From Nanobdellota archaeon (GTDB taxonomy: Archaea; Nanobdellota; Nanobdellia; SCGC-AAA011-G17; GW2011-AR17), in the NCBI GenBank assembly GCA_018896675.1, contig JAHIMK010000018.1, positions 1 through 21,485 of the forward strand: a stretch of 21,485 nt of DNA, read 5' to 3'. The notes under the pieces were generated by a model. The model was not told where the DNA came from and did no database searches. It worked only from the letters and a program-made list of their open reading frames with translations. Position numbers and translations under genes: made by a program. Positions 6,913 to 14,761 of this stretch are shown here, piece by piece (the first letter of the stretch is position 1; the number at the start of each line of letters is the position of its first letter).

Positions 6913-7443
6913 ATGGATAAACTGGAATTGAAAAACAGGACAATTGATGCTTTAGTATTGGGCTTCAAAAAACCGATAATGTATGACCTATATCTCCCTG
7001 ACCTGAAGATTGTATTAAAAAGTTTCCAGCATTCTATGAACAAATTATTTAGAGAAAAATATCAGGAGTTAGAAGAAAAGCATTATGCAGATATAAATAA
7101 TTTCTTTAAAAAACCAGCCCTAGAATATATTTTCAAACCAATAAAAGAAATGAGAGTAAAGGTTAAAGAATCATTAATTGAAGTATTAGGAAAACAATCA
7201 GGACATGATTATGGTGGAACTTATTGGAACAAGCCATATATAGAATATGTTTTCAAAAATTCTGAAAGATATGAAGAAGTAATCTTTCCAAATTTGGGTA
7301 GCCTCTATAAATTCAAAGAAGAAAGAGAAGAAGTAAAAAAAGAAGTAAGAAAACATTTTAATAAAGCAGAAATGGAAAACTTTTATCAACTCCATAAACA
7401 TATGCAGGCTTATGTTGACAATCACTTCAAAATCCAACCTTAG
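6913..7443 (+). CDS. hypothetical protein, paralogue B (176 aa from ATG 6913)
   Basis: AGGAGG (6901-6906) lies 6 nt before ATG 6913 and overlaps the paralogue A stop. The track start at 6898 sits inside the SD. It is homologous to 6362-6901. Confidence 0.65.
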   Translation: MDKLELKNRTIDALVLGFKKPIMYDLYLPDLKIVLKSFQHSMNKLFREKYQELEEKHYADINNFFKKPALEYIFKPIKEMRVKVKESLIEVLGKQSGHDYGGTYWNKPYIEYVFKNSERYEEVIFPNLGSLYKFKEEREEVKKEVRKHFNKAEMENFYQLHKHMQAYVDNHFKIQP

Positions 7444-7448
7444 AAACA

Positions 7449-7456
7449 TTTATAAA
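7449..7456 (+). promoter_or_regulatory. TATA box (TTTATAAA) for the LSm-L37e unit
   Basis: The same octamer recurs upstream of several transcription units in the window. It is followed by a ~50-nt leader ending in GGAGG before ATG 7509. Confidence 0.45.
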
Positions 7457-7508
7457 TGAACATCTTTTCCTTGTAATAACAAATTTTTATTTTGTTGGAG
7501 GATAAAAT

Positions 7509-7736
7509 ATGGAAATTACAGACAGACCATTGGATGCATTAAATAATGCAAGAAATCAAAGAGTTATAGTAGAACTGAAAAACAAAGCTCAAGTTACTGG
7601 TAAACTTAAAGCATTTGATATACATATCAACGTAGTTTTAGAAGAAGCAGAAGAGCTTGAAAATGGACAATTAAAGAGAAAATTAGGCACTACATTCATC
7701 CGTGGCGATATGATTGTTATAATCTCTCCAGCTTAA
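7509..7736 (+). CDS. Sm-like archaeal protein (LSm/SmAP)
   Basis: 75 aa with the Sm1/Sm2 pattern RVIVELKN..VTGKLKAFDIHINVVLEEAEE and FIRGDMIVIIS. It sits in the conserved archaeal pairing with L37e. Confidence 0.85.
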   Translation: MEITDRPLDALNNARNQRVIVELKNKAQVTGKLKAFDIHINVVLEEAEELENGQLKRKLGTTFIRGDMIVIISPA

Positions 7737-7747
7737 GGTAATAAAAA

Positions 7748-7933
7748 ATGACTAAAGGCACAGCATCAATGGGTAAGAAGTCCGGTAAGGATGTTCATAT
7801 TCGTTGCAGAAGATGCGGAAGAGCAAGCTACCACAAAATTGATGGTATCTGTTCTGACTGTGGCTACGGCAAAACTAAAAAGATGCGTAAATACAGTTGG
7901 CAAAAAGTTGAGAAAAGACCAACTAGGCGCTAA
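7748..7933 (+). CDS. rpl37e: 50S ribosomal protein L37e
   Basis: MTKGTASMGKK..HIRCRRCGR.SYH......CSDCGYGKTKKMRKYSW contains the C4 zinc ribbon typical of L37e. Confidence 0.9.
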   Translation: MTKGTASMGKKSGKDVHIRCRRCGRASYHKIDGICSDCGYGKTKKMRKYSWQKVEKRPTRR

Positions 7934-7970
7934 TTTATTTCTTTTTATTATATTTTACAAAACAATAAGC

Positions 7971-7978
7971 TTTTTATA
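7971..7978 (+). promoter_or_regulatory. TATA box for tRNA-Leu
   Basis: tttttata is centred about 29 nt upstream of tRNA position 1 (8004). Confidence 0.45.
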
Positions 7979-8003
7979 GCAATCATTCTTACTTTTGCAT
8001 TGC

Positions 8004-8087
8004 GCAGGGGTGCCGGAGCGGTCAAACGGGCTAGGCTTAGGACCTAGTGGCTTAGTGCCTACGCAGGTTCGAACCCTGTCTCCTGCA
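8004..8087 (+). tRNA. tRNA-Leu (anticodon UAG), long variable arm, no encoded CCA
   Basis: Hand-folded. Acceptor GCAGGGG/CTCCTGC with one G-U. Anticodon stem ctagg/cctag with loop ctTAGga. Variable stem-loop ggc..gcc. T arm gcagg-ttcgaac-cctgt. Discriminator A. Followed by a T-run. Confidence 0.9.
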
Positions 8088-8154
8088 TATTTTTCATCCC
8101 GTTTTTCACAATCGAAAAGCTTATAAATAAAAGATATTACTAAATAGTAGTAAA

Positions 8155-9003
8155 ATGTTTAAAAAAATATCAAATGGATTAAAAAAAGCAGGTTTGATTT
8201 TCTTAGGAACTTTAATACCATATATTCCTATGGAAGCGCAAGCTCAAGAAGCAACTGTACAAACTCAAGAAACTTCGATTAAAGAAGGAAAATTAGGAAT
8301 TAGTTATGGCAATAAAGAACAAAGCTTAATGGGCAGAGATTTTGCAAAAGGACACTCCATTGAATTCGATGCTGAAGCTAGGATTAAAATTAATGAAAAA
8401 GCAGGCATAAAATTAGATGGTTTAGTAAGGTTAGAAGAATTTGATTATGTTGATGGAAATGGAGATATAAAAAATGGATTTTTAGATACTAATTTAGTTT
8501 TAGAAAGATATGTTGGATTGGGCAATAGTACTATGAGAATAGGTTTTGGAGTTAATTTTGATTTTAATAGAACTGAACAAACATATGAAAATATTAAAGT
8601 TAATGTTAAAAATATTACTGCTGGACCTGTAATTACAACTAATATTGATTCAGATTACGTTGATTTTAATATATTATTAGGATCTGGATTTGGTAAAGCT
8701 GGTAATGATGTTCAAGGTCAAGGTTTAGGAATTAAACCTAAATTAAGAATAGGATTAAATTTTGATTTAAAAAAATTTAATGTTCCTTTAAGATTAGAAA
8801 ATTATGGAGATATTGAAATTACTTTATTAGAAACCGAGAATACTACAAGAAATGAATATAATCTAGAATTAGGTACTGAACTTAATTATGAAATTGTAGA
8901 TAATCTTTCAGTTGGTTTAGGATATTCACATAGCAGGCATTATGGTAACCAAGATAATGTCCAAAGCAATACTTTAAAAGCTGGATTAAAGGTAGAATTT
9001 TAA
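8155..9003 (+). CDS. secreted protein with outer-membrane beta-barrel-like features
   Basis: N-terminal signal peptide with an AQA-QE cleavage-type site. There are many alternating-hydrophobic strands (MRIGFGVNFDF, LRIGLNFDL, LSVGLGYSHS). The C-terminal LKAGLKVEF alternates hydrophobic residues and ends in Phe. A TATA (cttataaata) lies about 30 nt upstream. Confidence 0.55.
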   Translation: MFKKISNGLKKAGLIFLGTLIPYIPMEAQAQEATVQTQETSIKEGKLGISYGNKEQSLMGRDFAKGHSIEFDAEARIKINEKAGIKLDGLVRLEEFDYVDGNGDIKNGFLDTNLVLERYVGLGNSTMRIGFGVNFDFNRTEQTYENIKVNVKNITAGPVITTNIDSDYVDFNILLGSGFGKAGNDVQGQGLGIKPKLRIGLNFDLKKFNVPLRLENYGDIEITLLETENTTRNEYNLELGTELNYEIVDNLSVGLGYSHSRHYGNQDNVQSNTLKAGLKVEF

Positions 9004-9064
9004 CACTTTATAATGGCAAATAACGAAAGATTTATAAAGCACTTGTAACTGGATTTTTATCAAT

Positions 9065-10252
9065 ATGAATAAACTAATCTTTACAATGTTAATAATGTTA
9101 TTATTTGCAGTTAGTTTTGTAAGTGCTACAGACTATAGCATTGAAAAAGTTGCTATTAACGGACTTTTTATTGAAAATGAAACAGTAGCTTTAGACTTAG
9201 GTACCAGAGCGCAAATTGATGTTTGGGTTAAAGGTTTTGCTGAAAAAGATGTTAAGGTAAAAGCTTGGATTAGTGGTTATGAGTATGATGATGTTCAAGA
9301 TGTTTCTGAAACTTTTCAAGTTTCTACAGATACATTGTATAGAAAAGAATTATACTTAAATATTCCTCAAGATTTAAGATTAGATAATAAGAATTATAAA
9401 TTATATATTGAAGTTTCTGACAAAAAAGATTATGTTGAAAAAGTTTATTCTGTTCATATTCAAGAAAGAATTCATGATATAATTGTACAAGATGTTATTA
9501 TCAGGCCAGGCACAATGACTGATGCTGGCAATACTTTGGCTGTGCAAGTTAGGTTAAAGAATTATGGTAAGAGACAAGAGCAAGATGTTAAGGTTGAAGT
9601 TACTATACCTCAACTAGGAGCTTATTCTGTTACTTATGTTGATTTTTTAGATTCAATTGACAGCAATGATAATAGTGAAAGCACAGCTTTTATTCCTTTA
9701 AAGATTCCTAAAGATGCTCCAACTGGAGATTTTCAAATTAAAGTTAAGGCTTTATACAGTAACTTAAATGAAGAGACTGAAGCTACAAGGATGATTTATG
9801 TTAATGGTATTGATGTTCAAGCTGAAAAACAAGCTGGAAGCATTGTGTTGATTTCTTCTAAAAAAGATCATGCTTTGAAAGAAGAAACTGAATACAAAGT
9901 TGGAATTGCTAACTTAGAGAAAAGTAGAAAAAGTTATACTGTTCAAATTACTGGCTTGGATGACTGGGCAAATTATGCTATCATGCCTGCTTCTTTAGAT
10001 GTTCTTGGAGAAGGTTCAGGAGAGTTCTTGTTAAAGGTTATTCCTTTTGATTCTGGATTGCATAAGTTTACTGTAAAAGTTTTAGAGGCTGGCGTTGTTG
10101 TCAAGGAAAGCTCTTATAGTGTAGATGTTGCTACTGAGAAACAAGGTTTGTTCAATAGCAATAGAAATTTAATTTTAGGATTAATGATTGTTGTTTTAGC
10201 AATTGCTTTGATTGCTGCTATTGCGCAAGGTATGAAACCTGAAAAGCACTAA
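9065..10252 (+). CDS. cell-surface protein: signal peptide, Ig-like/CARDB-like repeats, C-terminal transmembrane anchor
   Basis: N-terminal MLIMLLFAVSFVSA. Repeated beta-rich modules such as NTLAVQVRLKNYGKRQEQDVKVEVTIP. C-terminal LILGLMIVVLAIALIAAIA followed by a basic tail. TATA at 9031-9038. Confidence 0.6.
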   Translation: MNKLIFTMLIMLLFAVSFVSATDYSIEKVAINGLFIENETVALDLGTRAQIDVWVKGFAEKDVKVKAWISGYEYDDVQDVSETFQVSTDTLYRKELYLNIPQDLRLDNKNYKLYIEVSDKKDYVEKVYSVHIQERIHDIIVQDVIIRPGTMTDAGNTLAVQVRLKNYGKRQEQDVKVEVTIPQLGAYSVTYVDFLDSIDSNDNSESTAFIPLKIPKDAPTGDFQIKVKALYSNLNEETEATRMIYVNGIDVQAEKQAGSIVLISSKKDHALKEETEYKVGIANLEKSRKSYTVQITGLDDWANYAIMPASLDVLGEGSGEFLLKVIPFDSGLHKFTVKVLEAGVVVKESSYSVDVATEKQGLFNSNRNLILGLMIVVLAIALIAAIAQGMKPEKH

Positions 10253-10254
10253 AA

Positions 10255-11103
10255 ATGAGAGAAATATTGTTTAGACCAAATAAAGAATTAATAAAATTAT
10301 TATGTGATAAAGAGAATATTCCCATTCTAGAGCATATTATTGAAAGAGATGGAAAAGAATTTGAAAGATTAAAACAACTTAAAGAAAAAGGATTAATAAA
10401 TCTTGGGGAAAAAGTTAGAAAAAAAGAATTTAAAGATATTTGTTATGAAATAAAAGCAGAAGTTGATGGTTTATTAGACATACAAAATACTATTTTACCA
10501 AAGACTAAACAAAGAACTTTTTTTTCTAATGATTTAGGATTATTTTTGGCTTATATTGCAACCCCTGCTTTAATTAAAAGTGGTAGACTTTCTGATGTTT
10601 TATTTATGGGATTAGCTATAACTATGGTAAAATTATCAATGTATAATTCTTCATATCACTACATTTTCAAAAGAATTAAAATAACCAAACAAGATAAATA
10701 TTTAACAAAAATTATATTTGCCCATGAGTATACTCATTTTTTACAACATAAAATCCTTAATTGTGATTTTCAAAAGCATAAGATGTTTACTGAAGGCCAT
10801 GCAATAGGAGTAGAGAAAACTTTAGTTAATTTATGTTCTGAACCAGAACAAAAAGATAATTTTCTTTATTCTGAACTTAAACAAAGGTTCTCAGGATTAA
10901 AACAAGCCTATTATTCCTTATGTGATAGACTGAATGTTAAATGTCATGAAAGTCTTTTAAATATAGATAAACCTTTTGGAAATAAATTAAAACGTTTTTT
11001 TAAAAGAGGATCTTTTCTGTATCATGATGCAGGAAACGCTTTATTCCAAATATATGAAGAAATTCATGGCAAAGATATTTACAAACAAATTTTACAGGCT
11101 TAA
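10255..11103 (+). CDS. putative HExxH zinc metallopeptidase-like protein
   Basis: AHEYTHFLQH is an HExxH motif with a downstream E in FTEGHAIGVEK. Two hydrophobic segments precede the motif. The gene starts 2 nt after the surface-protein stop. Family not identified. Confidence 0.4.
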   Translation: MREILFRPNKELIKLLCDKENIPILEHIIERDGKEFERLKQLKEKGLINLGEKVRKKEFKDICYEIKAEVDGLLDIQNTILPKTKQRTFFSNDLGLFLAYIATPALIKSGRLSDVLFMGLAITMVKLSMYNSSYHYIFKRIKITKQDKYLTKIIFAHEYTHFLQHKILNCDFQKHKMFTEGHAIGVEKTLVNLCSEPEQKDNFLYSELKQRFSGLKQAYYSLCDRLNVKCHESLLNIDKPFGNKLKRFFKRGSFLYHDAGNALFQIYEEIHGKDIYKQILQA

Positions 11104-12101
11104 GCTTGTTTTAACAATTCTATAAATTTATGCAATGTATCTCTATAAAGTGTGAAGCCACCAGCTTTTTCATGGCCACCACCAATAAAACCTTCAATCT
11201 TATCATTAAAAGAACTAAGAAATTCACCTGCATCAAAATCAGAATCTTCAGGAACTCTTAAACTGCCAATAATTTCTTCTTGATATAAGTTCATGACCAT
11301 TATTGGTTTATCTTTAATATGTCGGGCAGCTATAACTCCCTGAACATTATATTCGTCTTCAATAATAATATAATCAATTCTACTTGTAGATTCTATTTTA
11401 ACTTCTTGATTATATCTGTCTTTTAAAATTTGTTTATAACCTTGCAACTCTAATGCTAAAGGATGTAAATTGTTTACAAAAGGTTTGTAGCAGTCTATAC
11501 ATTTTAATAATTCTAAAGGTATGTCGCCACACCAATGTAATCTTTTACCTGTATTTAATGCAGAAACATATTTTTCTATTTCTAAATAATAACCATCTGT
11601 AAAGTAGCTATTTCTTTTTTCCATCATTTCTGGGATTACTTCGTTTGCTGTAATGTGTAGTTCAGGAGGAATGTCTTCCCTATTGCCACCATCTCCAAAG
11701 TAGCCCATTAATGTTAAGAAAATTAAGTAAGGATCTTTTGTGCCTTGTAAAAAGTTTTCATAGATTAGTAAAGTGTTAGATTGTTTGCTTGGATCATGTA
11801 TTGTTAAATGGAATTTATCAGCATCTTCATTAGGATGATGGTCAATGTAAATGATTTTAATAGGCAAATCTAAAAGCTCTGTTGAAGCTGCAATATCTGT
11901 GCAGATGACAACTTCTGTATCTTCTAAGATATCTTCTTTTTCTATTAAGAAAGGTTTACCTTTTGTCATTGTTTCTATGTTTAAGGCAAATGGTTTTACT
12001 AGGTGGTACATTAAAGCAGCAGAAGCTACACCGTCTGTGTCCCAGTGCCCACAAATCTGGACATGTTTTCCTTTAACCATCCCTATTAATTTTTCTTTCA
12101 T
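11100..12101 (-). CDS. DHH/DHHA1 family phosphoesterase (NrnA/RecJ-like)
   Basis: GHWDTDGVASA, the DHH motif in YIDHHP, and the DHHA1 motif GGGHEKAGGF. Confidence 0.8.
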   Translation of the reverse strand: MKEKLIGMVKGKHVQICGHWDTDGVASAALMYHLVKPFALNIETMTKGKPFLIEKEDILEDTEVVICTDIAASTELLDLPIKIIYIDHHPNEDADKFHLTIHDPSKQSNTLLIYENFLQGTKDPYLIFLTLMGYFGDGGNREDIPPELHITANEVIPEMMEKRNSYFTDGYYLEIEKYVSALNTGKRLHWCGDIPLELLKCIDCYKPFVNNLHPLALELQGYKQILKDRYNQEVKIESTSRIDYIIIEDEYNVQGVIAARHIKDKPIMVMNLYQEEIIGSLRVPEDSDFDAGEFLSSFNDKIEGFIGGGHEKAGGFTLYRDTLHKFIELLKQA

Positions 12102-12133
12102 TTGAACTTAGAAAAAAGAATTCATTTATTAAG

Positions 12134-12769
12134 CTATCTGCTTGTTTTGACATTAACTCTTTTACAATATTTTTTAATTGTACATTTAGAACAAAACGGA
12201 CTTATAGGTTTGCATATCGTTTGTCCGTGTTTAACAAATAATTCATTAATGTCTAACCAATATTTTTTAGGTATTAATTTCATTAATTGTAATTCTGTTT
12301 CTTCTGGACTTTTAGTTTTAATCCAACCTAACCTATTTGGTAATCTATGACAATGTGTGTCTATTGGTAATGCTGGAATGTTAAATGAGTGCGTTAAAAC
12401 TATGCCTGCAGTTTTTCTGCCAACACCTTTTATTGTTAACAATTCTTCCATTGTATTAGGAACTTTGCCTTTGTAATCTTTTATCAATTTTTTACTTGCT
12501 TCTCTCAAGCGTTTAGCTTTTGTTTTGTAAAAACTAATAGGATAAACTAATTTTTCAATTTGTTTAGAAGTTAATTTTAACATTTTTTGTGGAGTGTTAA
12601 CTTTTTTGTATAGTTGTTTAGCAATAGGATATGTTACTTCGTCTTTTGTTCTGTGAGATAACATACAACTTATCAAAACATAAAAAGGATTTTTAGAACC
12701 AGATTTTGCTAAGAAAAAGGTTTTACCATACTCTTTTTTTAATAATTGAATTACTTTTGTTACATTCAT
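12134..12769 (-). CDS. nth: endonuclease III (Nth), HhH-GPD DNA glycosylase with 4Fe-4S loop
   Basis: HhH motif LLTIKGVGRKTAGIVL, the catalytic region PIDTH, and C-x6-C-x2-C-x5-C in CKPISPFCSKCTIKKYC. Confidence 0.85.
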   Translation of the reverse strand: MNVTKVIQLLKKEYGKTFFLAKSGSKNPFYVLISCMLSHRTKDEVTYPIAKQLYKKVNTPQKMLKLTSKQIEKLVYPISFYKTKAKRLREASKKLIKDYKGKVPNTMEELLTIKGVGRKTAGIVLTHSFNIPALPIDTHCHRLPNRLGWIKTKSPEETELQLMKLIPKKYWLDINELFVKHGQTICKPISPFCSKCTIKKYCKRVNVKTSR

Positions 12770-12878
12770 TAGTTAATTAAACAATCTTCCAATTAAAAAG
12801 ATTTCTTTTAATATTTTCGAAAATTTGTTCACAAAACCGGACAAGAAAATAAATAGTAGTTCTTTATCTAAAATCAAA

Positions 12879-13973
12879 ATGAAAAAAGAGGTAATAAAAA
12901 AAGGATTTAGCAATATTTATGATAACATCAAAATAATAATTGAACAAGCAAGAAACAAAACTTTCAAAGTAATTAATTCTGTTATGGTTCAAGCTTATTG
13001 GGAAATAGGAAGAACTATTGTTGAAGAAGAACAAAAAGGTAAGAAAAGAGCTGATTATGGCAAATATTTGATAAAAGAGCTTTCTGAAAGATTAATAAAA
13101 GAATATGGTTCAGGGTTTAAAGAAAGAAATTTATATGAAATGCGTAGATTTTACTTAACTTTTCCAAAATGGAACGCACTGCGTGCAAAATCTCAAAAAA
13201 GCCAGAAATTGCACCCAGTGGGTGCAAAATCTCAAAATATTTATGATAAATTAAGCTGGACCCATTATAGATTCTTAATGCGAATAAAAAAAGAAAATGC
13301 AAGAAAATTTTATCTTATAGAAACAGCTAAGAATCAATGGAGTAAAAGAGAACTTGAAAGACAAATAAATAGTTTACTTTATGAAAGGCTTAGCTTAAGT
13401 AAAAATAAAAAAGAAGTAAAAGAATTTGCTAAAAAAGGACAGATAGTAAAAAAACCAGAAGATATTATAAAAGACCCTTATGTTTTAGAATTCTTAGATT
13501 TAAATGAAAATAAAAAATATCTTGAAAAAGACCTAGAAAGTTTACTTATAAGTAAACTCAAAAGTTTTTTATTAGAACTGGGAAAAGGATTTTCATTGGT
13601 TTCAAGGCAAAAAAGAATTAATGTAAGTAATGAACATTATTACATTGATCTTGTTTTTTACAATTATATTTTAAAATGTTTTGTATTAATTGATTTAAAA
13701 GTTGGTAAATTAAGCCATAAAGACATAGGACAAATGGATTTTTATGTAAGATATTTTGAAAAAGAAATTAAGCAAGAAGATGATAATCCTACAATTGGAT
13801 TAATCCTTTGCTCTGACAAAGACGATACAATGATAAAGTACACATTATTAGAAGATAATGACAAAATATTTGCTTCAAAATATAAACTTTGTTTACCTAC
13901 AGAAAAACAATTAAAAAAAGAATTAACAAATGAAAGATTAAAAATCGAAATGGAAAAAAAACTAAAAAATTAA
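12879..13973 (+). CDS. DUF1016/YhcG-family PD-(D/E)xK nuclease-like protein
   Basis: YWEIGR, LSWTHYRFLM, KDPYVLEFLDL, and the core YIDLVFYN..FVLIDLKVGKL typical of the family. I prefer ATG 12879 to the TTG at 12825 used by the track. Confidence 0.75.
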   Translation: MKKEVIKKGFSNIYDNIKIIIEQARNKTFKVINSVMVQAYWEIGRTIVEEEQKGKKRADYGKYLIKELSERLIKEYGSGFKERNLYEMRRFYLTFPKWNALRAKSQKSQKLHPVGAKSQNIYDKLSWTHYRFLMRIKKENARKFYLIETAKNQWSKRELERQINSLLYERLSLSKNKKEVKEFAKKGQIVKKPEDIIKDPYVLEFLDLNENKKYLEKDLESLLISKLKSFLLELGKGFSLVSRQKRINVSNEHYYIDLVFYNYILKCFVLIDLKVGKLSHKDIGQMDFYVRYFEKEIKQEDDNPTIGLILCSDKDDTMIKYTLLEDNDKIFASKYKLCLPTEKQLKKELTNERLKIEMEKKLKN

Positions 13974-14023
13974 ACTTTTTTTAATTTAGCCACATGAAAA
14001 CCTTAGTGTCATTATCTTGAGAC
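13970..14023 (-). pseudogene. relic copy of the 3' end of the RNA methyltransferase gene (frame broken)
   Basis: The reverse complement tctcaagataatgacactaaggttttcatgtggctaaattaaaaaaagtttaa aligns with the real end cctcaagataatgatactgaaggattttatgttgctaaaataaaaaagtgttaa (14762-14815). Identity is about 80% with indels, and there is an identical 13-nt run 14009-14021 = 14802-14814. Confidence 0.8.
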
Positions 14024-14068
14024 ACATATAATTAAAAAAGATTTCTACAAAAGATCTACTTTGATCAA

Positions 14069-14716
14069 TTATAATTCTAATCGAACATTTTTATATCTTG
14101 CCATTAAATCTTTAACTACATCTTTTGTCCATCCGGTAGTATCCTTCTTTTTAAGTTCATCCCAATAACCTTTTTTTTGTAATGTCTCAATTATTTCATA
14201 AGTAGTCATATTAGCATGGCCAAAAGGCCCAACACCACTAATTGCAAAATAAGACACAAGAGAATTAGGTTTTAAATCCTGGTAATATCTTCCTTCCATT
14301 TCAGTCATTTGATAAAGCATATCTTCTCTATTTTCAAAGCCATCTTTTAATATTTCTTTATCAGTAAGTTCCTCAAGCGGGCAAACTGCAATGTAATTTA
14401 ATCTCATATAATCTCTTGCAATTTTACCTTTATTAAACTCAGAACTTTCAAAGATTAAGAGATTATCAGATAAGGGCAAATAGATATGCTCAGGTTTATA
14501 TCTTATAGTTCCTAATTTAAAGGAACCATTAAGAAAAGGTTTACTTTTTGAATTAATAGGCATAGCATCAAAATGATGTTCACCTCTGAATAATAACCAA
14601 GGAGAAATACGCAGTTTTAATCCTTCCTTAATTAAGTCTTCCATAAATTTCTTACCTTCAAAACCCATATTTTCATCGAAACAACCATAAGTTATTTTTA
14701 AAATTTTTCTTGCCAT
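14069..14716 (-). CDS. hypothetical protein (215 aa), cargo of the insert at the methyltransferase 3' end
   Basis: Long ORF with its own TATA-like ttatataaac about 30 nt upstream. The segment ELTDKEILKDGFENREDMLYQM resembles the end of ASCH-type domains only weakly. Product not assigned. Confidence 0.5.
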   Translation of the reverse strand: MARKILKITYGCFDENMGFEGKKFMEDLIKEGLKLRISPWLLFRGEHHFDAMPINSKSKPFLNGSFKLGTIRYKPEHIYLPLSDNLLIFESSEFNKGKIARDYMRLNYIAVCPLEELTDKEILKDGFENREDMLYQMTEMEGRYYQDLKPNSLVSYFAISGVGPFGHANMTTYEIIETLQKKGYWDELKKKDTTGWTKDVVKDLMARYKNVRLEL

Positions 14717-14761
14717 GAACTACTAAAAACTATTAGAAGTTTATATAATTTTGCTAAAAGA

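Noticed and set aside
6807-7449. Minus-strand ORFs 6807-7043 and 7198-7449 across the paralogue genes.
   Set aside because: Their Phe/Ile/Leu-rich antisense translations mirror the Lys/Glu-rich sense genes. The sense genes are supported by paralogy and SD sites.
7791-7979. 62-aa plus-strand ORF out of frame within rpl37e.
   Set aside because: It overlaps a confidently identified ribosomal protein gene in another frame and has no independent signals.
11851-12350. Plus-strand ORFs 11851-12105 and 12102-12350.
   Set aside because: They are antisense to the DHH phosphoesterase and endonuclease III genes, both of which have full motif sets.
13176-13245. In-frame 39-nt-period repeat inside the DUF1016 gene. 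gtgcaaaatctcaaaa occurs at 13183-13198 and 13222-13237, each copy preceded by a small palindrome (gcactgcgtgc; gcacccagtgggtgc), encoding RAKSQK / GAKSQN.
   Set aside because: As I recall, DUF1016/YhcG proteins commonly contain a duplicated Q-x-x-S-type linker just before the conserved LSW(S/T)HY motif. This therefore looks like a family feature in a variable linker rather than an embedded element. Any regulatory reading of the palindromes is unsupported.
13117-13302. 61-aa minus-strand ORF inside the DUF1016 gene.
   Set aside because: It is antisense to a gene with family-typical motifs.
12792-14046. The near-identical 15/16-mer attaaaaagatttct (12792-12806) and attaaaaaagatttct (14031-14046) flank the DUF1016 gene plus the methyltransferase relic. 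I considered them as target duplications of a DUF1016 element.
   Set aside because: My rough estimate is that a few chance 15-mer repeats are expected in an AT-rich window of this length. The match has an indel, and no terminal inverted repeats or recombinase accompany it. The relic geometry is explained better by the insert on the other side.
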